Below are positions 1 through 11,269 of a stretch of DNA of 64,000 nt, in pieces. The position numbers and the translations under genes were made by a program. The first letter of the stretch is position 1, and every line of letters starts with the position of its first letter. Origin of the DNA: Octopus sinensis (Eukaryota); the NCBI RefSeq assembly GCF_006345805.1, contig NC_043001.1, positions 24,304,001 through 24,368,000 on the forward strand, given 5' to 3'. The notes below the pieces were generated by a model. It did not search any database. It was not told the origin of the DNA and saw nothing but the letters and a program-made list of their open reading frames with translations.

Positions 1-144
1 AATCCATAAAGAAAGTGTGTAGTTAATTGAATTCATCCCAGTATGTGTCGTTTTAACACAAAGATTTCCTTGAAGATTGCCTATCAACAAAGGCATTCCA
101 GCCATGACCATACAGTGTATACTATATATATATATATATATCTG

Positions 145-398
145 TGCAGGTGGCACATAAAAAGCACCATTTATTTGAGCATGGCTGTTGCCAGTGCTGC
201 CTGACTGGCCCTTGTGCCGGTGGCACGTAAAAGCACCTACTACACTCTCAGAGTGGTTGGCGTTAGGAAGGGCATCCAGCTGTAGAAACTCTGCCAGATC
301 AAGATTGGAGCCTGGTGCAGCCATCTTGTTCGCCAGACCTCAGTCAAATCGTCCAACCCATGCTAGCATGGAAAGTGGACGTTAAATGATGATGATGT
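145..398 (+). mobile_element. RTE-clade LINE 3' end (5'-truncated)
   Basis: gtggttggcgttaggaagggcatccagctgtagaaac...ggacgttaaa(tga)n tail; the same sequence follows RT-coding DNA at 42380-43035. Confidence 0.8.
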
Positions 399-418
399 GT
401 ATATATATATGTTTAATA

Positions 419-648
419 AGGTGGCGAGCTAGCAGACACGTTAGTGTGCCGGGCAAAATGCTTAGCGGTATTTCGTCTGCCGTTATGTTCTGAGTTCAAA
501 CTCCGCCAAGGTTGACTTTGCCTTTCATCCATTTGGGGTCGATAAATAAAGTACCATTTTCACACTGGAGTCGATGTAATCGACTTAATCCCTTTGTCTG
601 TCCTTGTTTGTCCCCTCTATGTTTAGCCCCTTGTGGGCAATAAAGAAA
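419..648 (+). mobile_element. tRNA-derived SINE family B, monomer
   Basis: Head ggtggcgagctagcag, B-box-like gagttcaaactcc, central gaggttgactttgcctttcatcc, tail aaagaaata; more than ten related copies in the window. Confidence 0.85.
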
Positions 649-934
649 TATATATATGTATATTTATATTGGCTATACATCATCCCAACTACATCGCCCA
701 GCATGTCTTTTAATTTTTAAAACAGTAGGTTTTGTTTTGAAGGGGATTTGGTTTCAGTTTCGAGCAGGTTTCAAGACCACTTATCGGTTTCCTTGTTGAG
801 TTCACTCACTGGCATCGATTTTGTCAAAGCCAACAAGTGTGGCTGTGCGATTAAGAAGCTTGCTTCTCAGCCGTGTGGTCTCAATTCGGTCTCCCTGCAT
901 GGTACCTAGGGTGAAAGTATTTTTCCTAGCTGTA

Positions 935-1072
935 GAAACTCTGCCAGATCACATTGGAGTCTGGTGCAGCCATCTTGTTTGCCAGGTCGACTTTGCCCTT
1001 CATCCCTTTGGCGTCAAATCGTCCAACCCATGCTAGCATGGAAAGCGGACGTTAAACGATGATGATGATGAT
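935..1072 (+). mobile_element. RTE 3' end fragment
   Basis: gctgtagaaactctgccagatc...ggacgttaaacgatgatg tail. Confidence 0.7.
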
Positions 1073-1944
1073 GCCCTGATCTAAACAAAGCCTTGTGAAT
1101 GAAATGGAAACTGAAAGAAGATCACTGTGTGCATGTGCATATGTTTTTGTATGTGTGTGTCTGTGTGTGTGTGATATATGTTTGTGCATAGCCTTGTTTT
1201 GACCTCATGTGATCTTGCTCATTTCCAATCTTCCATGAGAAAAATGTATAGTCATGGGAAATATTGCCTTGCTTGAAAACAGGTGAGGGTTGGTGATAGG
1301 AAGAGCATCCAGGCATAGAAAGTCTGCTTCAGCAAATTCCATCCAACTCCATGCGAGCATAGAAAAGTGGACACTAAACGAGCGATGGTAATGAACATTG
1401 ACATGAAGGTGGAACGATGATATACTTTGATATTAGTAACAAGAGTAGTAAAATCTGAAATTGTAAAGTTTCGAATCATTAATTGCAACACCATTTAGTC
1501 ACTGCAGCTCTGCCTACCAATAATACAAGCAAGAGTCCTGCTGACAATATCAGAACACACAGCACTCAAAATTTGTTATATTTCATTCTGATTCTTTTAT
1601 TAATTCTTTGATTGCTTTTACTCAGTAAACTGTGGCCATGCTGTGGCACCGCTTTGAAGGGTTTTTATTGATTATATCAACGTCAGTATTTATTTGTGCC
1701 TGGTGCTTTCATTCTATCGATTTCTATTATTGAACCAATTATTTGTTATATGTAGACACAGGTATAGCTGTTGGCAAGAGAAAATGAAAAAAATAAGTAC
1801 AGGTGTCAAGCTGTTTGATGAAACCTTCAATGTGGTGCCACTGCATGGTTGCAATCTAATGATAGAAACAAGTAAAAAGCTGTAAGGCAGAAGATGTCTC
1901 ATCTCGAATCTGTCATATTTCCTCCACTTGTCACCTCTGTTATT

Positions 1945-2910
1945 ATGCAGGTGTGGCTGTGTGGTAAGGAGTTTGCTTCCCAACCACATAGTTCCAGGTT
2001 CAGTTCCACTGTGTGACATCTTGGGCAAGTGTCTTCTACTATAGCCTTGGGCCAACCAAAGCCTTGTGAGTGGGTTTGGTGGAGAGAAACTGAAAGGTGG
2101 TGAGCTGGCAGAAACGTTAGCATGCCGAGCGAAATGCTTAGAGGTATCTCATCTGCCATTACATTCTGAGTTCAAATTCTGCCGAGGTCGACTTTACCTT
2201 TCATCCTTTCGGGGTCGATAAATTAAGTACCAGTTACGCACTGGGGTTGATGTAATTGACTTAATCCCTTTCTCTATCCTTGTTTGTCCCCTCTGTGTTT
2301 AGCCTCTTGTGGGTAGTAAAGAAATAGGTATTTCGTCTGCCATTAGGTTCTGAGTTCAAATTCTGCCGAGGTTGACTTTAACTTTCATCCTTTCGGGGTC
2401 GATAAATTAAGTACCAGTTACGCATTGGGGTTGATGTAATTGACTTAATCCCTTTCTCTATCCTTGTTTGTCCCCTCTGTGTTTAGCCTCTTGTGGGTAG
2501 TAAAGAAATAGGTATTTAGTCTGCCATTAGGTTCTGAGTTCAAATTCTGCCAAGGTTGACTTTAACTTTCATCCTTTCGGGGTCGATAAATTAAGTACCA
2601 GTTATGCACTGGGGTTGATGTAATTGACTTAATCCCTTTCTCTATCCTTGTTTGTCCCCTCTGTGTTTAGCCTCTTGTGGGTAGTAAAGAAATAGGTATT
2701 TAGTCTGCCATTAGGTTCTGAGTTCAAATTCCACCGAGGTCGACTTTGCCTTTCATCCTTTCGGGGTCGATAAATTAAGTACCAGTTACACACTGGGGTT
2801 GATGTAATCGACTTAATCCCTTTGTCTGTCCTTATTTGTCCCCTCTATGTTTAGCTCCTTGTGGGCAACAAAGAAATAGGAAACTGAAAGAAGCCTGTCA
2901 TAGACCCATG
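1945..2910 (+). mobile_element. SINE family A head interrupted by a tetrameric family B SINE (2097-2879)
   Basis: The family A sequence stops at GAAACTGAAAG (2086-2096) and resumes with the same 11-mer at 2880-2890 (TSD); the insert has four 184-bp units. Confidence 0.88.
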
Positions 2911-2929
2911 GTGATATGCTGTATTTGAG

Positions 2930-3190
2930 AAGAAGATCTGTCAAGTCAAGTGAAATCATATGCGTGGGAAATACTGGTGTCATGCAGCTGGCACCTGTGC
3001 CAGTGGCCTGTGAAGGCACTCATTACGTTCTTGTAGTGGTTGGCGTTAGAAAGAAAATCCAGCTGTAGAAACCATGTCAAATCAGATAGGAGCCTTGTGC
3101 AGTACCTCAGCTTATCAGCCCTGGTCAAACCCGTCCAACCCATGCCAGCATGGACAATGAACGTTAACTGATGGTGATGATGATGATGAT
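2930..3190 (+). mobile_element. RTE 3' end
   Basis: Same RTE 3' UTR motifs and (tga)n tail. Confidence 0.75.
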
Positions 3191-3468
3191 GATATATATG
3201 TATGTATGTGTGTGTGTGGTCCAACCCATGCCTGCATGGAAAGCGGACGTTAAATGATGATGTATATCTATGTATGTGTGTCTTCATGTCTGTGTTTGTC
3301 CCCCACCAATGCTTGACAACTGGTGTTGGTTTGTTTAAATCCCTATAACTTCGTGGTTCAGCAAAAAGACCGATAGAGTAAGCACCAGGTTTAGAAAAAC
3401 GTACTGGGGTCAATTTGTCCGACTAAAAACTCTTCAAGACGGTACCCCAGCATGGCCACAGTCTAATT

Positions 3469-3712
3469 GCCGGCATCAGTTGTTAGTTGTCGGAGCACTG
3501 CATCCTTCAAAACTTCCATGCTTCCTGAGATTCGCCAACACTACACCTGATTTTCTCCCCTCCATACACATGCAAGCATGTATCTGACTCATACATTGTT
3601 CACTTTCCAGACATTTGTACATTACTGCATATACTTTATATGCACTTTCTGACAAGTTGTGGTGCACCTGAGCACTGTATACAATAATTTCATTATTATT
3701 ATTATTATTATA
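3469..3712 (+). mobile_element. CR1-group LINE 3' end inserted in the 3' end of a family A SINE
   Basis: Matches 9850-10086; (att)n tail; flanked by taatt/taatt inside the SINE motif cagtctaat-actgaaacaag. Confidence 0.8.
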
Positions 3713-3802
3713 ATTACTGAAACAAGTAAACGATATCATATATTTTCTCTCAGTGTTTGTTATCCAATATAATCTAATCTATTAACTTTTATCTTATAAC
3801 AG

Positions 3803-3878
3803 ACCACCAATTGATAGTCCGACTTCCATTTTTGCTGCTTGGGAAACACTATTTCAAGAAACTGAGAATGACGCACAG
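3803..3878 (+). CDS. Internal exon 1 (in window) of an F-BAR-domain gene: (R)PPIDSPTSIFAAWETLFQETENDAQ
   Basis: Acceptor ttttatcttataacAG, donor CAG|GTTTGT; 76 nt = 1+25 codons with no stop; AWxxLxxETE motif typical of F-BAR helices; joins the next exon in phase 0. Confidence 0.88.
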
Positions 3879-4009
3879 GTTTGTATGCTTTTAAAACATT
3901 GTCTTTCCTTTAAAAGTTTACAATTTCAAATGTTACAGCTTCAAATATAATACAGTTCTATGTTTAAAAGATGAGGAATTATGTACATTATGTACATTAT
4001 TTACATTCA

Positions 4010-4225
4010 ATGGATATTTGTCCTCACCTTGCTTGTTGTTAACACAATGTTTTGGCTGATATACCCTCCAGCCTTCATCAGGTGTCTTGGAGAAGTTTCA
4101 CACCTGGTTCTCAATCCTAAGGTATTTTTCAATGTTATCATTATTCAGGTCACTGCCTGGAATCAAACTTGGAATCTTGGGGTTAGTAGCCCAATCTCTT
4201 AACCACTACACCATATGCCCATGGG
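4010..4225 (-). mobile_element. tRNA-headed SINE with a hammerhead-like 3' part
   Basis: Minus strand: ggcatatggtgtagtggttaagag (A box)...ccaagtttgattcc (B-box-like), then gacacCTGATGAaggctg..cagccAAAAcattgtgtt. Confidence 0.7.
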
Positions 4226-4316
4226 CATATGATGTGAGTATATTTCTCTCTGTGTGTCTGATGAGATGGAGTAAATTTTACATATTATAAATCTAATCTT
4301 TTTCTATCTTTCCTTT

Positions 4317-4860
4317 ATACTGGTTCCCATATGCTACTCATATCTGCACTCATTCAGCTTAGGAGGTTGTTGTGTCCTAGTATATGTGCTGCTGCTTTTA
4401 GTTTTCATATTTTCCAGCGTTCTCAGTCTATTATTTTAACTTCATCCCACAGGGGAGGTGGTCTCCATTTTTCCATACATGATCAGCTATACCCGATTTA
4501 TCAATATCCCCTCGTGTCACAGCTTTGTGATGTTCATCTACCCTTATTTTGAGGGGGCGGCATTTTTTGCCTTTCTGTAACCTACCACAGCTGCATGGGA
4601 TGGCGTACACACAGTCTTTGGTCAAATTCTCTTCTAATGATGGTTTTACTTGAAGGAGATATTTGCAAAGTGTTATATTACTCCTGAATACTGTCCTGAT
4701 GTCATATGGGTTGCATATCTTTTGTATCTTTTCAGAGAGACCTTTCACATAGGGTAGACAGACTGTGGACAGTTTATTGGTTTCATCCTCTCTTTTCTTC
4801 ATAATTGGAGTAGATAGTCTGTTTTTATTTCTGCATAATGGTTCAAATATAATATTCATA
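4317..4860 (-). mobile_element. Penelope-like element 3' fragment (RT C-terminus and GIY-YIG endonuclease), decayed
   Basis: Translation LPYVKGLSEKIQKIC...CVYAIPCSCG...LKIRVDEH...KSGIADH has the motifs of the PLE GIY-YIG domain; frameshifted towards the end. Confidence 0.85.
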
Positions 4861-4936
4861 GTTCAAAATACAGTGGATTCATTTTTGGACACAAATTACT
4901 GCTGACAGTTTTGTAGGTATCAAGTATTTTAGTAGC

Positions 4937-5243
4937 GAAGGCACATGGCCTAGTGGTTAGAGCAGCGGACTCATGGTCGAGGGATCGTGGGTTCGAATCT
5001 CAAGCCGGGCGATGTGTGTGTTTATGAGTGAAACACCTAAACTCCACACGGCTCCGGCAGAAGGTAATGGCGAACATCTGCTGACTCTTTCGCCACAGCT
5101 TTCTTTCACTCTTTCCTCCTGCATCTTGGAGCTCACCTGCGACGGACTGGCATCCCATCCAGGGGTGTGAGCACCTATACGCTGAGGAAACCGAGAAACT
5201 GGCCCTTTGAGCCAGGCATGGCTCGAGAAGGAACAAACAACAA
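4937..5243 (+). mobile_element. tRNA-derived SINE family C
   Basis: Head ggcacatggcctagtggttagagc / gggttcgaatc; central cctgcgacggactggcatcccatccagg; tail caaacaacaa; copies at 15505-15735 and 51015-51320. Confidence 0.85.
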
Positions 5244-5494
5244 GTATTTTAGTACAGCCACTTTGGCCCCGCCTATTTGGCACTGTTGATTCAACGCTAA
5301 CTTATTTGACATCAGATGATTTAATATTTCTCTTATTCTCTCCCTCTCTCCCTCTCTGTCTGTCTGTCTATTTCTTCCTACTCACACTCTCTGTTTATGT
5401 GTGTGGCTATATTTCTATCTATGTGTCTGAGGAGAGGGAGATGTTTATATCCTTTGTGTTCAATTAATAAATTGTAATCTCTCTCTCTTTCTAT

Positions 5495-5807
5495 CTCTTT
5501 CTATATAGTTCTGTGCATGGGTGTATGTGTGTGTTTGCGTGCGGGTCATGTGTTTGTGTGTGTGTTTGTGTGTTGTGTGTGTGTTTGTGTGTATGTGTGT
5601 GTGCATGTGCACACGTGTATGCATTTGTGTGTGTGTGCATGTGTTTGTGTGTGCTTGTGTGTGTGTGTGTGTGTGCATGTGCACACGTGTGTGCATTTGT
5701 GTGTGTGTGCATGAGTGTGTGTTTGTGTGTTGTGTGTTTGTGTTTGTGTGTGTGTGCATGTGTGTGTATGTGTGCATTTGTGTGTGCATGAGTGTGTGTT
5801 TGTGTGT

Positions 5808-5840
<33 letters not shown>

Positions 5841-6036
5841 GTGCATGTGTGTGTATGTGTGTGTTTGTGTGTCGATGCACACACGTGTGTGCATCTGTTT
5901 GTATGTGCATGTGTGCGTGTGTGCGTGTGTGTGTGTGTGCATGTGTGTGTGTGTGTGTGCATGTGTGTGTGCATGTGTGTGTGCATATGTGTGTGTGCAT
6001 CTGTTTGTGTGTGTGTGTGTACATGTGTGTGTGTGA
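5495..6036. repeat. Degenerate (GT)n/(GTGC) microsatellite
   Basis: About 540 bp of imperfect TG repeats; source of the VC/HT ORFs. Confidence 0.97.
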
Positions 6037-6295
6037 GAAGGTTTCCAGTGCCAAAAAGTATTGTTGCCAAAAGCAGATTAGACATCCAGTCAGCTGCATC
6101 AAATCATCACCTTCCAAACAGCTGCACCCAGTTTGTCTCACTTCAACTTTTCATTACTATTTCACATCAACCGGTGAATGTGGCTTTCATTGTTGGTTAC
6201 AGGTTGGCAACATTCTAATCAAAGGTTCACTGTGCTTATGATGGCAACAGTGCAGGTCAAACAAAGCAAATACTACATGGTATTTTAGCTTGAAA

Positions 6296-6707
6296 GGCGA
6301 GATGGCAGAAACGTTAGCACGCCAGGCGAAATGCTTTGTGCTATTTCGTCTGCCGCTATGTTGTGAGTTCAAATTCCACCGAGGTCGACTTTGCCTTTCA
6401 TCCTTTCGGAGTCGATTAAATAAGTACCAGTTATGCACTGGGGTCGATATAATTGACTTAATCCCTTTGTCTGTCCTTGTTTGTCTCCTCTGTGTTTAGC
6501 CCCTTGTGGGTAGTAAAGAAATAGGTATTTTGTCTGCCACAATGTTGTGAGTTCAAATTCTGCCAAGGTTGATTTTGCCTTTCATCCTTTCGGGGTCGAT
6601 TAAATAAGTACCAGTTATGCACTGGGGTCGATATAATCGACCTAATCGGTTTGTCTGTCCTTGTTTGTCCTCTCTGTGTTTAGCCCCTTGTGGGCAGTAA
6701 AGAAATA
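6296..6707 (+). mobile_element. SINE family B dimer with an 18-bp TSD
   Basis: ggtattttagcttgaaag at 6279-6296 and 6708-6725; internal junction aaagaaata|ggtatttt. Confidence 0.88.
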
Positions 6708-7044
6708 GGTATTTTAGCTTGAAAGCCTCTATTTATTTCCTTATTAAAGATTATAAAGTTTGTTGAAAGACATCGGTGAAATATATATTTATATTCATGA
6801 TTTAGCATCATTTGTAAGAGAGTAAGGCCTGGTAACAAGCATCATGCTTTCATTTACTGTTTTAGGTGCTTATGTAGCTAGAGGACATAGACACAATTAC
6901 ATCCCTCCTATGCTTGACTTAGGGGAACACCACAAATGTAACAGTGGCAGGGAGAGGTTGCTGTACAAGCACTTGGATTATACTAAGTTTCGGCTGAGTA
7001 AGCTGGAGCAATGTGAAATTATGCGCCTTCTTCAAGAAAATAGA

Positions 7045-7181
7045 AGGTTGTCCCAAAAGTTCGTAGAAAGTCTTGGAAAATAATGGTCTTTATTTTGAGG
7101 AATAATTTTTGTTGTTTTTGTTAGTACTTGGCGAGTAAAAATTCAATTTTCGCAAGTGTTTACGAACTTTTGGGACAACCT
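7045..7181. mobile_element. 137-bp Tc1/mariner-type MITE inside an old SINE
   Basis: TIR aggttgtcccaaaagttcgta (7045-7065) and tacgaacttttgggacaacct (7161-7181); both flanks resemble the minus-strand family D SINE. Confidence 0.8.
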
Positions 7182-7289
7182 AATAATATGCCACCAGGAC
7201 CAGGACCAGGAACCAAACCCATGATTTTGTGATTGTGAATCCAGCACTCTAACCATTAGGTCACATGACATAATTATTTAAGTGGCTAA

Positions 7290-7757
7290 CCAGCTTCCAT
7301 GCCAGTGGCACATAAAAGGCACCATTCGAGTGTGATCGTTGCCAGGTTCGCCTTACTGGCACTTGTACCCCATGCTAGTAGGGTGCTAAGAGCACCATCT
7401 GAGCATGATTGTTGCCAGAGTGGCTAACTGGCTTCTGTGCCAGTGGCATGTAGGAGGCACCATTCAAGCGGGATTGTTACCAGCATCACCTTACTAGCAC
7501 CTGTGCCGTTGGCATGTGTAAAAGCATTCGAGCGAAGCCGTTGCCAGTACAGCCTGACTGGCCTTCATGCTGGTGGCGCATAAAAGCACCCACTATACCC
7601 TCAGAGTGGTTGGCATTAGGAAGGGCATCCAGCTATAGAAACTCTGCCAGATCAGACTGGAGCCTGGTGCAGCCATCTGGTTCACCAGCCCACAGTCAAA
7701 CCATCCAACCCATGCTAGCATGGAAAGCAGACGTTAAACAACGATGATGATGATGAT
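7290..7757 (+). mobile_element. RTE 3' end with GC-rich subrepeats
   Basis: Repeated gtgccagtggca..aaaagcacc modules, then the RTE 3' motif and (tga)n tail. Confidence 0.8.
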
Positions 7758-8269
7758 ATACATGTATGTATGTAAAACTTACTTGGAAAAGGATGCTAGC
7801 ATGGAAAGCAGACATTAAACGATGACGATGACGACGACTTTAAAATTCAGTTGGTAGAATGTTAAGGCAGCTTTGGGAAAACTGGCAGTAAAACCCAATA
7901 CTGTCGCCAGAGTCATACATAATGGCTTCATGAACTGAATGCATTTTGCAAGCCACAGTTTGAGCATTGTTGGTCAGTGTTTTACCAAAGTGATAATTCT
8001 TGTCATACCTCTATATAATGTCTTAGACAATGCAGTCTCTTCTTAAATCTGATTCTTTTCTTTAGTTTTGAATTGCATGAAACGGCTGAAGAGCTTACAT
8101 CTTTGCTGGTTGATGATAGTAAAAATAGTACATCTTCATAAAGAAATAAGATTGTGTGTGTGTTGCCTCTATGAGGCAGTGGGGTAGTACCTAGAGTTTA
8201 TTTATTTATTCATTACTTCCACCAAACTGGTAATGAAGGATGAGTGAATCAAGTAATGTGGTTAATATT

Positions 8270-8542
8270 CCGTTTGACTCTCATGTAGCAAGATGATAGA
8301 AATGTTATAATAATAATAAAGAATTTATTGTATACAGTGCTCAGGTGCACCACAACTTGTCAAAAGTGCATATAAAGCATATGCAGTAATGTGCAAATGT
8401 CTGGAAAGCGAACAGTGTATGAGTCAGATACATGCTTGCGTGTGTATGGAGGGGAGAAAATCAGTTATAGTGTTGGCGAATCTCAGGAAGCATGGAAGTT
8501 TTGAAGGAAGCAGTGCTTCAACAACTAACAAGTGATGCCGGC
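8270..8542 (-). mobile_element. CR1-group LINE 3' end
   Basis: Reverse complement of 3469-3712 and 9850-10086; (aat)n at the left end. Confidence 0.8.
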
Positions 8543-8999
8543 AGTCTGTGCCAAGCAAAATTCTTAGCAGCATTTCATCTGTCTTTAAGTTCTGAGTTCA
8601 AACACCACTTTGCCTTTCATTCTTTTTTAAGGCTTATAAACCTCCATTGATGTCTTATATCAGCTCTGTACGGATTGAATAATACAATTCTATATTTCTG
8701 TGATGAATTTCTATTATGTACACTGTCTGACTAATGTAAATAGAGTATGTCATATAAATTCCACATTTCACAAATATAGAATTGTAGAAATCAAAACATT
8801 TTACTATAAAATCATCCCTCTTATCTCCCATTCAAATAACCAGCAGAACTCTTAAGCTGTCAGCACTCAGAAAGGAAAAAGAAAAGAAAATGTATTGTTA
8901 ATTAGAGTCCAGAAAATTTGTACTAATTTTTTCTTTCTAAAATGGATTGTTGCTTCTCAAAGTACAGTACAATATCATATTTTAGTACATTTTATTTAT

Positions 9000-9268
9000 T
9001 TATGCGCCCTTTTCAAGCCTAGTCAGGCTCATAGCCCTGGTTTCCAGCTGGACGGGATGCCAGTCCATTGCAGCGTTGCTCAAGAAACAGGAAGAGAGAG
9101 TGAGAGAAAGTTGGGTCGAAAGAGTACAACAGGGGTCACCACCACCCCCTGCCAGACCCTCGTGGAGCTTTAGGTATTTTCACTCAATAAACACACACAA
9201 CACCTGGTCTAGGAATTGAAACCGCGATCCTCCAACCATGAGTCCGCTGCCCTAACCACTGGGCCATT
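9000..9268 (-). mobile_element. SINE related to families C/D
   Basis: Minus head gcccagtggttagggcagcggactc..gggtttcaattcc; tail gaaaagggcgcataaataaat. Confidence 0.7.
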
Positions 9269-9544
9269 TTAGTGCATTTACAGAACCTATATTTCATAAG
9301 GTTATTAAAACTTGTTCTTTACTCAAATTATATTTATTTCTAATTTTGTCATTTCTTTTTTACTCAGAGTATTAATGATAACACTGATGTATATAAAGAG
9401 TTTTAATGAATTTTGTAAGGTGTTACATAATGAGTTACGTTGAGTTAAAAAGTGATGATCAAATATCCGGAAAATTCGATTATCCGGCAACCCTTCTTTC
9501 CAGTGGTTTTGGATGAGAGAGTTTACTGTAATATAATAGAGAAT

Positions 9545-10086
9545 GCCCTCCATCATGGATTTGCCATATTCTGAACCCAAGAGAATATCCTCCATCAGGC
9601 ATTTGCCATATTCTGAACGCCTTACTTCCCTGGGCATGGACACATTGAAACTCCAACGTCTGGCAGCTGACTTGGCAGACACCCATAAAATTATTAACCA
9701 TCTTACAAACTATAACTCTGAGCGCCTTTTCAAACTCCACCTGTCTAACACCTGTGGACATGTTTACAAAGTTAGAAAACAGCACAGCTCCCATGACTTT
9801 CGGAAACATTTTTTTTACGTTAAGAGTTGCTGAAGCATGGAACAAACCCCCGGCATCAGTTGTTAGTTGTCGGAGCACTGCATCCTTCAAAACCTCCATA
9901 CTTCCTGAGATTCACCAACACCACACCTGATTTTCTCCCCTCCATACACACGCAGAAATGTATCTGACTCATACATTGTTTGCTTTCCAGACATTTGTAC
10001 ATTAATGCATATGCTTTATATGCACTTTTGACACGTTGTGGTGCACCCGAGCACTGTATACAATAATTTCATTATTATTATTATTA
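9545..10086 (+). mobile_element. CR1-group LINE RT C-terminus and 3' UTR
   Basis: LPYSERLTSLGMDTLKLQRLAADL..GHVYKVRK..RKHFF then, frameshifted, RVAEAWNKPPASVV..FK: typical CR1/L2 terminus; (att)n tail; ~31-bp duplication at the 5' junction. Confidence 0.88.
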
Positions 10087-10801
10087 TAAAGCCTGAACGG
10101 ATACTGGATGTTTTTGGAGGTATTGACAGGGGAATCTGGTGCAACACGTGCAGCGCCAATTATGAAATTTTAATCATAGATTTTTTGGCATCGGCCAACA
10201 CCCAAAGGTATTGGCCTGTGGAAAAATTTTGTACAGTTTCGTAACGAACAGTCGACCGAGACAATGCTGTATCTCTGAACAAGAACAAGAACTCTATAAG
10301 CAAACGATACTACTAAAGGGAGACAACTTTTACGTATCTTAATATAATTTTTGCTTACACAGAACTTATTCTGGCTGAGAAACAAGATTAAAAAATTCCG
10401 TTGATAAAATTTAATGAAATCAGTGTTTCTGATATTGTAAATTCAATTACGCATAATTAAATCAGTTACATTCGTTTTTTGCAAATACACAGATTTTCTG
10501 GAAAAAATAAAATCAACACATATATGGCATTACAAAAAATTCAATTTGAAATTATATAATTGATAAAATATCTTTGTTTTCCCATTCAAACAGGTAAAGG
10601 TGTGAATAAACTTAATTAATGTTAAAAGTGTGTAATTTGACAAAATGTGATTGAATTGTATAGTTAGACAGAGATTAATCTAACAAGCACTTATATTGAT
10701 ACAGACAACTGCCATTTACAGTAAAATTAAAACAATTCTTCCAAAGTGAGCATTTTGTCTACATATATGTTTGTATGCTTGTGTTTGTGATAAGAACTTT
10801 G

Positions 10802-11207
10802 AGATCTTTTCGGTTTGAACGGCAGTTTTTTCTAGCAGTGTCATATGAAATTGTCACCCATAATTATAACCCTAGTATCGATCTATTGCATTTCAATCTG
10901 TTTTAGGGTTAGGGGGAAGGGTATCTTTTTATCTTCACAAATGTAAATAAACCCAATCTGTTTCTTAAACGACGGACATATTCATACGGCACAGAATGTT
11001 TTTTACCTCGATAGACGTCATTGATTGGTTGAAATTGCAGAAACTGAAGAAAAACAACAACAAATATCTTACAAACTATAGAATTTTCTCAATAAAGCCA
11101 AGAGAAAAAGATGTTTTATAAACACATTCTACCAGTATACGAAGTTTAAAAGTGTTTAGTTACGTGGAAATTATTTTAAAAAACTGCTGTTCAAACCGAA
11201 AAGATCT
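10802..11207. mobile_element. 406-bp MITE with an 8-bp TSD (hAT-like)
   Basis: TIR agatcttttcggtttgaacggcagtttttt / aaaaaactgctgttcaaaccgaaaagatct; GAACTTTG at 10794-10801 and 11208-11215. Confidence 0.9.
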
Positions 11208-11269
11208 GAACTTTGACACAGGAGTAATTCTTTGGCTGAATTATTAAGTTTCAATATCCTGTTGGTCAT

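Noticed and set aside
4250-4290. CTGATGA hammerhead-like core on the plus strand
   Set aside because: GAAA is missing (taaa) and stem II does not pair.
4937-5010. tRNA genes (this and other SINE heads)
   Set aside because: A/B boxes run straight into SINE bodies and the copies are divergent; no full cloverleaf.
5460-6241. Long His/Thr or Val/Cys ORFs here and at 14.7, 22.2, 23.4, 47.2 and 58.0 kb
   Set aside because: Translations of dinucleotide and trinucleotide microsatellites.
6844-7083. 79-aa ORF as a host exon
   Set aside because: Its 3' half is a decayed SINE plus a MITE TIR; exons 1 and 2 already join in phase without it.
8066-8135. Possible terminal exon FELHETAEELTSLLVDDSKNSTSS*
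   Set aside because: Phase is incompatible with the exon 1 donor, and it has no F-BAR similarity.
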